This document shows positions 19,642 to 28,834 of a DNA stretch of 64,000 bases, piece after piece; the first letter of the stretch is position 1, and every line of letters starts with the position of its first letter. The notes below the pieces were generated by a model that did no database searches, had not been told where the DNA came from, and saw only the letters and a list, made by a program, of their open reading frames with translations. The position numbers and the translations under genes are program-made. Source of the DNA: Tepidisphaera sp. (lineage in GTDB: Bacteria > Planctomycetota > Phycisphaerae > Phycisphaerales > UBA1924); contig CP051526.1 in the NCBI GenBank assembly GCA_050916045.1, positions 3,584,001-3,648,000 of the forward strand, written 5' to 3'.

Positions 19642-20355
19642 ATGAAGCCCGTCGTCGGCATCACCATGGATCTCGCCGAGGTCGCCAGCGCGACCGGCAC
19701 CCGCTTGCGGGCCGAGTGCGGGATGGCTTACGCCGCCTGCATCCACGCCGCCGGCGCGACACCCCTCTTCCTTCCGCCGATCGTCGAAGAGATCCACACG
19801 CACCTCGAGATGATCGACGGCCTGGTCCTCACCGGCGGCGGCGACCCGCGCATGGAGCCCTTCGGCAGCGCGACTCATCCCGAAGCACGCTTGATGCACG
19901 AGCAGCGTCAGCGATACGAGACCGCTCTCCTCGCAGCCATCAACGATCGGCCCGAGCTTCCGGTGCTTGGCATCTGCCTGGGCATGCAGATGCTCGCGCT
20001 GGCTTCGGGCGGCACGCTTGAACAGCACCTGCCCGACCGCCTCGGACCCGCGGCGGAGCGGCACCGGTCGACAACGCACCCGATGACGCTGGACGCCGGT
20101 GCCGCGCGAGCGCTGGGCCTCCAAGCCCCCGCGACCGGCGACGTCGCGAGCTTCCACCACCAAGCCGTCAAGGACCCGGGCAAGCTCCGCGTCGTCGCGA
20201 CCGACACCGACGGCACCATCGAAGCCGTCGTCGATCCGGCGTGCGACTACCGCGTGGGCGTGCAGTGGCACCCCGAGCGAACGCGCGACCGGGCTCTGGG
20301 TCAGGACATCTTCGACGAGTTCGTTCGCCGCTGCCACACGCACGCGACGACCTGA
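19642..20355 (+). CDS. Gamma-glutamyl-gamma-aminobutyrate hydrolase family (peptidase C26, class I glutamine amidotransferase-like)
   Basis: DGLVLTGGGD, PVLGICLGMQ (catalytic Cys), SFHHQAV and GVQWHPE motifs. Confidence 0.88.
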   Translation: MKPVVGITMDLAEVASATGTRLRAECGMAYAACIHAAGATPLFLPPIVEEIHTHLEMIDGLVLTGGGDPRMEPFGSATHPEARLMHEQRQRYETALLAAINDRPELPVLGICLGMQMLALASGGTLEQHLPDRLGPAAERHRSTTHPMTLDAGAARALGLQAPATGDVASFHHQAVKDPGKLRVVATDTDGTIEAVVDPACDYRVGVQWHPERTRDRALGQDIFDEFVRRCHTHATT

Positions 20356-20374
20356 GCCGCGATCGGGCTCACGA

Positions 20375-21682
20375 TCACTTCGGCGCCGGCTCCGGGTTCG
20401 GCACCAGAAGGCCGCCATCCTGCGTCGCGGGCTGCGGCCCGGCAGGCTCGGGGCCGACGGTGGTGGGCGGCGGCGGAGCTTTGAGCAGGTCTTCGAGGCG
20501 CGTCGAAAGCTGGCCAGCGATGAATTCCTGGACCAAGTAGGCCCACGGTCCGTGCTTGGCGTTGAACGCTTCCACGTCCTTTTTCACGTCCTCGGGCTTG
20601 CGCGGTTCGGAAGCCGCCGGCTTGGGCTTGGTGGGATCGACCTTCTCGTCCGCGGGGCTTGCCTGAGGAGCCGGCCGTTCCTTCTCGTCGTACTCAGCGC
20701 CGAGGGCAAGCCAGGCTTTGCCGTCCTGCTTGGTGACGCGGGCGGTGATGACCATGCCGTCAAACTTGGCGAATCGGGCGGTCGAGCGGGCGAAGGGAGC
20801 TTTGCCTCCCGGCGACTTGACGGGCCCGGCGGCTTCGGTCTTGTCGAAGTCGATCGCGGCCCGCGGCTTGACGTCCTCGATGGAGAGGAATCCGATGGCG
20901 GTCGTGGGCTTGTCCGCTTCGCTCTCGTTGAGGAGCTCGCGTCCGGCGGGCATGTTGCGGACCTTGAAGTTGAGGTCCTTCTCGGTGTCGCGGAACGCTT
21001 CGAGCACGTTGGTCTTGACGGGGTCGCCGGCGACGAACGCCGGGTCGTCGTGCCGCGTGACGGTCACGGACTTCACCACATTTCGATCGACCTGAAGCAC
21101 GGTCCGCTCGATCCAACTCATCGGGTCGGTGTCGGCGCTGACGGGGCCGGTGACGAGGAACGCCTGATCGCCGCCGGCTTTGCGGGCGAAGATCCGCGAG
21201 TTGTCGCCGCCACCGAAGCTCGGATCACCGGGTTCGACGGCGTTGCCGATCAGCACGGAAGCGACGGAACGCTCGCCGTCCTTCAGCGTGATCAGCTTGG
21301 CGGTCGATCCTGCTTTGGTGACGTCGTCGACGCCGAGCAGGCCGAAAAGCTCGGGCTTGGAGGTCTTGGGCTCAACGACCTTCATCTCGACAAGAGCGGC
21401 CAGAAGGGGCTGGATGCGCTCGCCGACGGGGAAGCCGTCCTTCTCCGCGACGGTCCACGGGGCTTTCGGATCGGCGCGGCGGAGGTTCAGCGAGCGCGTG
21501 CCGTCCTTGATCTCAATCGACGTGACCTGCGCGAGCTCGGTGCGGAGTTCGGGGAGGAAGGGAGCGGTTTCGGCGATCGTGTTGGTCGCGTTCGGTGACG
21601 CGGGCGGGCGCGACGCGAAGTACGCGCCGACACCGACCGCAACCGTCACGCCAGCCAGAATGAGAAGTGTCTTGGGGTTCAT
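20375..21682 (-). CDS. DUF4340-like extracytoplasmic protein of the Gld-like ABC operon
   Basis: N-terminal TM; KVVEPKTSKPELFGLLGV motif; directly downstream of the GldG-like gene. Confidence 0.75.
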   Translation of the reverse strand: MNPKTLLILAGVTVAVGVGAYFASRPPASPNATNTIAETAPFLPELRTELAQVTSIEIKDGTRSLNLRRADPKAPWTVAEKDGFPVGERIQPLLAALVEMKVVEPKTSKPELFGLLGVDDVTKAGSTAKLITLKDGERSVASVLIGNAVEPGDPSFGGGDNSRIFARKAGGDQAFLVTGPVSADTDPMSWIERTVLQVDRNVVKSVTVTRHDDPAFVAGDPVKTNVLEAFRDTEKDLNFKVRNMPAGRELLNESEADKPTTAIGFLSIEDVKPRAAIDFDKTEAAGPVKSPGGKAPFARSTARFAKFDGMVITARVTKQDGKAWLALGAEYDEKERPAPQASPADEKVDPTKPKPAASEPRKPEDVKKDVEAFNAKHGPWAYLVQEFIAGQLSTRLEDLLKAPPPPTTVGPEPAGPQPATQDGGLLVPNPEPAPK

Positions 21683-21697
21683 CGGTTCACCATCGTG

Positions 21698-23641
21698 TTA
21701 GTTCTGAGCGGCCCGGCGCACGGTGCTCCGACGGTTGGCGCGGTAGACGCCGACGCCGACGGCGAGCAAGGCGACCAGAGCGGGAACGAGCGCGACGTTG
21801 ATCGCGCGGAGATTGCGGCCCATCGCCTCGATGCCTTTGTTCTGGTCGCGGAGGACCTGCCGGTTCTCCTTGTTGGCTTGGTAGAGGTCCGCCTGGAGTT
21901 TCTTGATGCGTTCCTCGAGGTCCGGAGGGGCGTCGAAGGTGCCGTCGGCTTTGGGCTGGCGTTTGCGGATTTCCTCGCTGAGCTTCATCTCGAACTGGCG
22001 GACCTTCTCGGCGGAAGCTTTCTGAGCGGCCGCGACTTCCTTGGCGGCTTCGGCTTTGATCTTCTCGACGCGGTCGAAGGGCCGCGCCCCCGAAGCGCGA
22101 GGCTTGATCGACAGAAGCTCGGAGGAGCCGCTGAGATTCTCGAGGCCGCCGACGAAGTAGAGCCCGTTGCTGGCCGCCGCCATGAACATCCGCTGCCGGC
22201 CGACCTGATACTCCTGGCCCCACGCCTGATCGTTCAGCATGTCGACGTCGGCGGTGAGGATGATGTTGGCGATGCCCTTGGATTCCTTGAGGTGCTTGGA
22301 AGCGTCCGGAGCCGGGGGCGGGGGCGACGACGGATCGGCGGGCGCGGGAGCGGGCGGGCCGCCCGGGAACGCCGACTGAATCCGGCCGGAAAGCCGCGCC
22401 GCGATCGTGTGCTTGGTGTTCTGGCTGTTGAACATCTCCATCACCTTGCTCATGTCCTGGACGAACTGGAGCTGGGATTTCTCGATCAGCATCGAATCCT
22501 CGCTGCTCTCGAGGAGCGGCTGGATGGTGAGGCCACTCTTGACGTCGGCTTTGGCTTTGATCGAACCGGTGAAGTAGGCGTTGACGGATTCAAGCCCGCG
22601 ACCGACCTCATCATCGCGCACGATCGCGGCGCCCTTGAGCATCAGGAACGGAAGCGTGGGAACCTCGATGACGCCCTGCCCCTGCTGGACTTGGCGGCGC
22701 GGCGCGTACGTGTTGTCGAGGACGACCTGCGTGTCGGAAACCTCGACGCCCCAAACGTCCAGGAGCTTCTTGAGGTTGCTGCTTCGGTCGGCCATCATGG
22801 CTTGCATCTGGTCGCGGGCGTTGATCGAGTCGTCGGTCTGGCACTGCGGATCGACGAAGACCATCAGGCGGCCGCCGCGCATCACGAACTGGTCGATCGC
22901 GTAGAGCGTTTGGTCGGAGAGGTTCTTGGGGTGGACGACCGCGAGAACCTCCAGGTAAGGCGGGATCTCGGTCACCGTGGGCTGAAGCTCCTCGACCTCG
23001 AAGGACTCGGCGAGGTCGACGAAAACGCGCCACTTGGTCTTGGGGACCGGCCGCTGCGTCGCGGGGTCAAAGCCGAAGGTCTGAATGCCGACCGTGCTCA
23101 TCACACCGATCTTCTTCTTGACGGAGGTCTTCAGCGCGTGGAGCATCTTCGCGAGGTCGTACTCGAGGAGTCTCTCGCCGCGGGGGTCAAACTGCGGGAT
23201 CACCTGCTTGCCGGTGGTGGTGTTGGTGCCGACGAGGCCGAAGAACATGACGTCGCCCTTGGCGGAGACGGGGATGGGCTCAAGTCCGTCGCGGACGGCC
23301 TGCTCCTCGTCGTCGCTGTAGGGCTCGGGGTTGACGATCTTGAGGGCGATCTTGCCCTTGGATTCCTTCGCGAACTCTTCGAGAAGCTCTCGGACCCGCT
23401 GGGCGTGAGCCATGACGTCCGGGTTGTCGACCGCGGCTTTGGACGAGAAGTAGTACCTGAGGGTGATCTGTTCGTCGATGCCGCGCGCGATGGACCTGGC
23501 GCCGTCGGACAGGGTGAAGAGCCGATCGGCGGTGAGGTCGAGACTCGCCCCCTTGAAGACGTTCTGGGCGATGATGTTGATCCCGAAAAACAGCGCGATC
23601 AGGAAGACGATCGCGGTCAGGCTCAGCAGTTTTTTGTTCAT
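21698..23641 (-). CDS. GldG-like ABC-type auxiliary component
   Basis: LDLTADRLFTLS, NPEPYSDDEE, LEYDLAKML and AIDQFVMRGGRLMVFVDP; N- and C-terminal TM helices. Confidence 0.85.
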   Translation of the reverse strand: MNKKLLSLTAIVFLIALFFGINIIAQNVFKGASLDLTADRLFTLSDGARSIARGIDEQITLRYYFSSKAAVDNPDVMAHAQRVRELLEEFAKESKGKIALKIVNPEPYSDDEEQAVRDGLEPIPVSAKGDVMFFGLVGTNTTTGKQVIPQFDPRGERLLEYDLAKMLHALKTSVKKKIGVMSTVGIQTFGFDPATQRPVPKTKWRVFVDLAESFEVEELQPTVTEIPPYLEVLAVVHPKNLSDQTLYAIDQFVMRGGRLMVFVDPQCQTDDSINARDQMQAMMADRSSNLKKLLDVWGVEVSDTQVVLDNTYAPRRQVQQGQGVIEVPTLPFLMLKGAAIVRDDEVGRGLESVNAYFTGSIKAKADVKSGLTIQPLLESSEDSMLIEKSQLQFVQDMSKVMEMFNSQNTKHTIAARLSGRIQSAFPGGPPAPAPADPSSPPPPAPDASKHLKESKGIANIILTADVDMLNDQAWGQEYQVGRQRMFMAAASNGLYFVGGLENLSGSSELLSIKPRASGARPFDRVEKIKAEAAKEVAAAQKASAEKVRQFEMKLSEEIRKRQPKADGTFDAPPDLEERIKKLQADLYQANKENRQVLRDQNKGIEAMGRNLRAINVALVPALVALLAVGVGVYRANRRSTVRRAAQN

Positions 23642-23720
23642 AGGAATCTTTCAGCCTCCCCACCGACCCGTACCCCGTCTCGTGACAGTCCCTCGCGGAG
23701 CATCGCTCCGCGCCGGCCGC

Positions 23721-24455
23721 TCATTCACCCTTCTTGGCTTCCAGGATCACGCCCGTCGCGGTGACAAAGACCCCGATCAACGACCCGTAGAACACCAGAT
23801 CGGTGGCCGCGATCCGGCCCTTGGCGATCTCCTGGAAGTGCGTCAGGAAGCTGAAGTTCGCCACCGCTTCGACCAGCGTGGGGTGAGCCCAGCCGCGGAG
23901 GAAATCAAGCACCGGGCTGAACCCCGCGAGCAGGAAGGCAAAGCAGACGACGACCGACAGGATGAAGGCGATCACCTGGCTCTTGGTGATCGCCGAGACC
24001 GCCGAACCGATCGCGAGGAACCCGCCCGCCATGAGGGCGCTGCCGATGTACCCCGCGATGATGATGCCGTTGTCGGGATCGCCGAGGTAGTTCACCGTGA
24101 TCCACATCGGGAACGTCAGCGACAGCGACAGGATCGAGAAAATCCACGCCGCGAGGAACTTGCCAAGCACCGCCGCCGGCATCGAGACCGGAAGCGTGAA
24201 CAGAAGCTCCACCGTGCCGGACTTGCGCTCCTCCGCCCAAAGCCGCATGGACAACGCGGGAATCAGGAAGAGGTAAAGCCAGGGGTGGGCCGCGAAGAAC
24301 ACCGACAGGTCCGCGCGGCCGTTCTCGAACCACTTGCTCAGCTGGAACGTGAAGACCCCCGCGAGCACGAGGAAGATGACGATGAACACGTACGCGACCG
24401 GGGTGATGAAGTACCCCGCGAGCTCGCGTTTCAGAATCGGGATCAGACCTCTCAT
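23721..24455 (-). CDS. ABC transporter permease (GldF-like)
   Basis: RELAGYFITPVAYVF and MRLWAEERKSGTVELLFTLP; multiple TM helices. Confidence 0.9.
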   Translation of the reverse strand: MRGLIPILKRELAGYFITPVAYVFIVIFLVLAGVFTFQLSKWFENGRADLSVFFAAHPWLYLFLIPALSMRLWAEERKSGTVELLFTLPVSMPAAVLGKFLAAWIFSILSLSLTFPMWITVNYLGDPDNGIIIAGYIGSALMAGGFLAIGSAVSAITKSQVIAFILSVVVCFAFLLAGFSPVLDFLRGWAHPTLVEAVANFSFLTHFQEIAKGRIAATDLVFYGSLIGVFVTATGVILEAKKGE

Positions 24456-24539
24456 GCTTTCGGTTCCCTTGGCTAACTGGCTTCAGGCAGGTTGCGTTGC
24501 CGCAAGCCGTCTGGTGAGAAGAGTGAAGGCGTGTCCGCT

Positions 24540-25499
24540 TCAGGCCGCGGTGATCTGACGGAAGACGTCGTCGAGGCGGCCGGTCATGACCTGGAGGCGT
24601 TCAACGCCCCAGCCGCGCTGCTTGATGTGCTTGGCCACCGCTTCGTCGATCGAGCGGCCGCCGTTGGAGAAGACGGTGCAGCGGACGACCGCCGAAGCAC
24701 CCTCGCCCGTGGTCCCGCCGTCCTCGACGCCGGCCACGCCGGGCAAGCGGGCGAGCTCCTCGAACACCATCACGCCCGCGGGCGGCCGGACGGTCAGCGC
24801 GACGGCGTTGTGGTACTTGCTCCGGCCCATGAGCGCCGAAGGTGTGCCGTCGGCGACGATGCGGCCGCGAGCGATGATCACCGCCCGCGTGCAGACGGCT
24901 TCCACTTCCTCAAGGATGTGCGTCGAGAGGACGATCGATTTGCCGCCGCTGGCCGCCATCTCCTGGATGAGCTTGCGGACCTGCTGCTTCTGGTTGGGGT
25001 CCAGGCCGTCGGTCGGTTCGTCCAGGACCAGCACGTCCGGGTCGTGCAAGATCGCTTGCGCGAGGCCGACGCGACGTTTGAAGCCCTTGGAAAGCGTGTC
25101 GATGGGCTGATAAAGCACGCCCTCAAGCTGGGTGAGCGCGATCGCGCGGGCGATCTTTTTCGAGCGTTCGGCGGCGGGGACGCCGCGAGCCTCCGCAATG
25201 AACTTCAGGAACCCGGCCGGTGTCATGTCCGAGTAAAGCGGCGCCCCCTCCGGCAGGTAGCCGATGCGGGACTTTACCGCCAGCGGGTCCGCGGAAACCT
25301 CGTGGCCGCAGACCTTCGCCGTTCCTTCCGTGGGCGAAAGGAACCCGGTGATCATCTTCATGGTGGTGCTTTTCCCCGCGCCGTTGGGCCCGAGAAACCC
25401 GAGCACCTCGCCCTTGCGCACGGTCAGGTCCAGCTTGTCCACAGCCAGAATCGGGCCGAACCGTTTGCTGAGGCCCGAAGTCACGATCATGTCGCTCAT
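24540..25499 (-). CDS. ABC transporter ATP-binding protein (GldA-like)
   Basis: Walker A GPNGAGKST, signature LSKGFKRRVGLAQ, Walker B LVLDEPT, and STHILEEV. Confidence 0.93.
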   Translation of the reverse strand: MSDMIVTSGLSKRFGPILAVDKLDLTVRKGEVLGFLGPNGAGKSTTMKMITGFLSPTEGTAKVCGHEVSADPLAVKSRIGYLPEGAPLYSDMTPAGFLKFIAEARGVPAAERSKKIARAIALTQLEGVLYQPIDTLSKGFKRRVGLAQAILHDPDVLVLDEPTDGLDPNQKQQVRKLIQEMAASGGKSIVLSTHILEEVEAVCTRAVIIARGRIVADGTPSALMGRSKYHNAVALTVRPPAGVMVFEELARLPGVAGVEDGGTTGEGASAVVRCTVFSNGGRSIDEAVAKHIKQRGWGVERLQVMTGRLDDVFRQITAA

Positions 25500-25785
25500 C
25501 GCACGTCCTCTACTCACGATTGTCCACCGCCCGGGTCCGGACCCGTGGCGAGAGCGGCAAGTCTAGGAATCCCGTCGCGGACCTGGAGGGTGGGTCGAGA
25601 ATGCCACCCGCCAGCCGGCGCCGCGCCCCCACCAGACGCGCCAGATCGCAGAATCCTTCGCTCCCCGGACGGGAACTTGCCCCCGGGGTGGCCGGTCGCC
25701 CCCCCGTTTCGCATCACTTCCCCGTCGCACCGGCCCGGCCCCGGCGTGACGCGGAACACACCGGCGGCCGGCGCGGGATGTCAGC

Positions 25786-26229
25786 ATGAGCCATTCGAAG
25801 GAAGCCCTTGCGGAGCAGTCGTTTCTCGTCGACCAAGCGGGGGGGATCAGCGTGATCACCCTCGCCGAACCCAGCTTGCGGGAGCACCTGGCCGCCATCG
25901 TCGGCAACCGCCTCCTCGAGACGGCCCACCACTGCGGCGGGATGATGATCCTCAAGCACGACTTGGTCCGAGAATTCTCGAGCGCCTGGATCAATGAGCT
26001 GCTCCGGCTCACCGTCCACTGCTCCGGCCTTGGCGGGCACCTCATCGCCACGGGCCTAAATCCAAACGGAATCCAAATTCTTCGAACGACGGGGCTTGAC
26101 AAACGACTCAACCTCGCCGATCATGAGGCCGCTGCTCGTGAAATGTTCGCACTTCGTTCGAGCGACGATGGGGCCTCGGTCTTGGCTTGGCTGTTCGGCA
26201 AGCCGAGACAGTCCGGCCGGGCCGCGTAG
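25786..26229 (+). CDS. STAS domain protein (anti-sigma factor antagonist-like)
   Basis: VREFSSAWINELL...GGHLIATGLNPNGIQILRTTGLDK STAS pattern. Confidence 0.75.
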   Translation: MSHSKEALAEQSFLVDQAGGISVITLAEPSLREHLAAIVGNRLLETAHHCGGMMILKHDLVREFSSAWINELLRLTVHCSGLGGHLIATGLNPNGIQILRTTGLDKRLNLADHEAAAREMFALRSSDDGASVLAWLFGKPRQSGRAA

Positions 26230-26411
26230 GGCCGGCGGACGTTGTCCGCGGGGCCGTCAACCGGGATTTTCCGCCCGTGCAGGGAGAGAGACGAGGCGGC
26301 ATGAGCATTCGGCCGACCGGGAGCAACTCCTGCTTCCCGTCGGCCGAATCTCCTTGTATTCTGGCCGAGATTCCCGTCCGGGTTCTCGGGCTGGGAGTGA
26401 GGAGCGGATCG

Positions 26412-28559
26412 ATGACTCATGCGCGTGGCGCGTTCTTGGCGGCTTTGCTTGCGCTGGCCGGTGCGGCGATTTCGGTGCATGCGGACGGCGTGGTCGCCGG
26501 TCCGACTCCCGGGATGCTCCAGCTCCGATCGGGCACGTACGCGGTGGCGATGCTGCCCGACCTGCTCGCGGGGGGCGGTGCTTTCAAAGCTGGCGGCTCT
26601 TACGTGCTCGCGTTCGACGGTCCGATGACGGCGGAGCGACGGGCGGCGCTGGACCAGGCGGGCGTCGGGCTTCGCGAGTATCTCCCCACCGACTGCTTCA
26701 TCGCATCGCTTGACGGCGTGAAAGCCGGCTCGCTTCGGCAGGTGCCGGGATTGCGGAGCGTTCACGCGTTCGACCCCGCGTGGAAGGTCGCGGCGGGGCT
26801 GGGTCAGCAGGTGACGCAGGACGCCGAGCTTGAAGCGATCCGCGGAGCGGGCAAGTGGCCGGTGATGATCTCGCTCTTCTCTGGCGCGGATCCGGATGCG
26901 GCGCTCACGGCGATCCGGGGGATTGCCGGCGTGGAGGTCGTTTCGGTCAGCGACGAGGGCGGTTCGTGGATGATGACGGGGTCGATCCCGCCGGCAGCGG
27001 CCGCGGCGATCGCGGCTTTGGACGCGGTGCATTTCATCGACGACGCTCCGGCGTTTACGTTCCGCAACGGGAGCGCGGCGGGGATCATCCAGTCCAACAT
27101 CGCTGCGCAGACGCCGCTTTGGAACAACGGCCTGACGGGCACGGGCCAGATCATCGCGATGATCGACGGGATGCCCGAGATCACGCACTGCTCGTTCCTT
27201 GACCCGGTGAACCCGGTGGGCCCGCTTCACCGAAAGATCCAAGCGATGAACGGCGGGGTCTCGCCCAGCTTCCACGGGACGCACGTCGCGGGCACGCTCA
27301 TCGGCAACGCGGGCGTGAGCGGCGACACGCGAGGGATCGCGCACAACGCGCGGATGGTGTACAACACCCAGCCGTCGTTCAGCGAGACGAGCATGTTCAA
27401 CCGGCTGGACCTTCACCGGACGCAGGGCGCGTTCGTGCACTCCAACAGCTGGGGCAACGACAACACGACGGCGTATGACGGGATCGCGCGCGCGATCGAC
27501 AACTTCTCGTGGCAGAACGACGACAACCTCGTGCTCTTCGCGGTGACCAACGGGTCGCTGCTCAAGAACCCGGAGAACGCCAAGAACTGTCTCGCCGTCG
27601 CGGCTTCGGGGGACGCGGGATCGCAGGGCAACTTCTGCAGCGGCGGCCGCGGTCCGACGACCGACGGGCGACGCAAGCCCGAGGTGATGGCTCCGGGCTG
27701 CAGCATCCGCTCGGCGGACTATTCGTCCTCCTGCGGCGTGACTTCCGCGACGGGCACGTCGATGGCGTGCCCGATGGTCGCCGGGCTGGCGACGCTCATG
27801 CGTCAGTACTTCGTGGACGGCTACTACCCCACGGGCGCCGCGAATCCGGCGGACTCGTTCGCGCCGGCGGCTCCGCTGATCAAGGCTGCGCTCATCAACA
27901 GCAGCACCGACATGACGGGTATCTCGGGATATCCGAGCAACCAGGAGGGCTGGGGCCGCGTGCTTGGTGATGATGTGCTCATGTTCCCCGCCGACGCCCG
28001 CAAGCTTGTCGTGGCTCAGACGCGCAACGCCGGCCCGGGATCGCTCATGACCGGCGGAAGCTACGTGCTCCGCCTCCGCGTGACGGACGAGACGCAGACG
28101 CTCAAGGTGACCCTCGCGTACCACGACGCTCCTGCGGCGGTGAGCGCGAGCCTGACCCCGGTGAACAACCTCGACCTCGAAGTCACGCCCCTCGGAGGTG
28201 CTTCGTACCTCGGCAACGTCTTCACCAACGGCCGCTCAACCTCGGGCGGCACGGCGGACGCTCTGAACAACGTCGAACAGGTGATCGTGCAGTCTCCGCC
28301 GGCGGGATCGTGGATGGTCCGCGTGAGCGCTCCGGCGGTGAACGTCGGGACGCAGGGGTTCGGCCTTGTCGTCTCCGGCGGCGTCGAGACGCTTTGTCTG
28401 GCGGACTTCAACGGCGACGGGTTCGTCGACTTCTTCGACTATGACGCGTTCGTCGAGGGGTACGAAGCCGGCAGCGCGTTCAACGACATCAACGGCGACG
28501 GATTCCTGGACTTCTTCGACTACGACGCGTTCGTCGAGGTCTACGAAGCCGGGTGCTGA
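26412..28559 (+). CDS. Subtilisin-like S8 serine peptidase with GC-type dockerin-like tail
   Basis: Signal peptide; catalytic motifs IAMIDG, HGTHVAGT and GTSMACP; C-terminal VNNLDLEV/NNVEQV domain; tail CLADFNGDGFVDFFDYD...YEAGC*. Confidence 0.92.
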   Translation: MTHARGAFLAALLALAGAAISVHADGVVAGPTPGMLQLRSGTYAVAMLPDLLAGGGAFKAGGSYVLAFDGPMTAERRAALDQAGVGLREYLPTDCFIASLDGVKAGSLRQVPGLRSVHAFDPAWKVAAGLGQQVTQDAELEAIRGAGKWPVMISLFSGADPDAALTAIRGIAGVEVVSVSDEGGSWMMTGSIPPAAAAAIAALDAVHFIDDAPAFTFRNGSAAGIIQSNIAAQTPLWNNGLTGTGQIIAMIDGMPEITHCSFLDPVNPVGPLHRKIQAMNGGVSPSFHGTHVAGTLIGNAGVSGDTRGIAHNARMVYNTQPSFSETSMFNRLDLHRTQGAFVHSNSWGNDNTTAYDGIARAIDNFSWQNDDNLVLFAVTNGSLLKNPENAKNCLAVAASGDAGSQGNFCSGGRGPTTDGRRKPEVMAPGCSIRSADYSSSCGVTSATGTSMACPMVAGLATLMRQYFVDGYYPTGAANPADSFAPAAPLIKAALINSSTDMTGISGYPSNQEGWGRVLGDDVLMFPADARKLVVAQTRNAGPGSLMTGGSYVLRLRVTDETQTLKVTLAYHDAPAAVSASLTPVNNLDLEVTPLGGASYLGNVFTNGRSTSGGTADALNNVEQVIVQSPPAGSWMVRVSAPAVNVGTQGFGLVVSGGVETLCLADFNGDGFVDFFDYDAFVEGYEAGSAFNDINGDGFLDFFDYDAFVEVYEAGC

Positions 28560-28600
28560 AGCCGGTTGGCTTGCGGGAAGGGACGCGGACGATGCTCCGT

Positions 28601-28804
28601 CTATCGCTTCTCCGGCGGTCGGCCGTCGATTGTGAGGGTCACCTTGCGGCTGGGTGCCTTGCGGCCGGGGAACCACGCTTTCGGCAGGATCATGCGGAGC
28701 ACGAAGTACGCGGCGGCCAGCGCGATGACGGTCGCCACCCAGAACTGCCAGTCGTGCACGGGCAGCGCGGCCGCGAGAACCCGGGATGAAGCGTCTGCGT
28801 TCAT
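28601..28804 (-). CDS. Small single-TM protein downstream of feoB
   Basis: DWQFWVATVIALAAAYFVLR TM helix; co-oriented 30 bp after feoB. Confidence 0.6.
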   Translation of the reverse strand: MNADASSRVLAAALPVHDWQFWVATVIALAAAYFVLRMILPKAWFPGRKAPSRKVTLTIDGRPPEKR

Positions 28805-28834
28805 GGATCGTGCAAGGCTAGGACGCCCGCCGCG

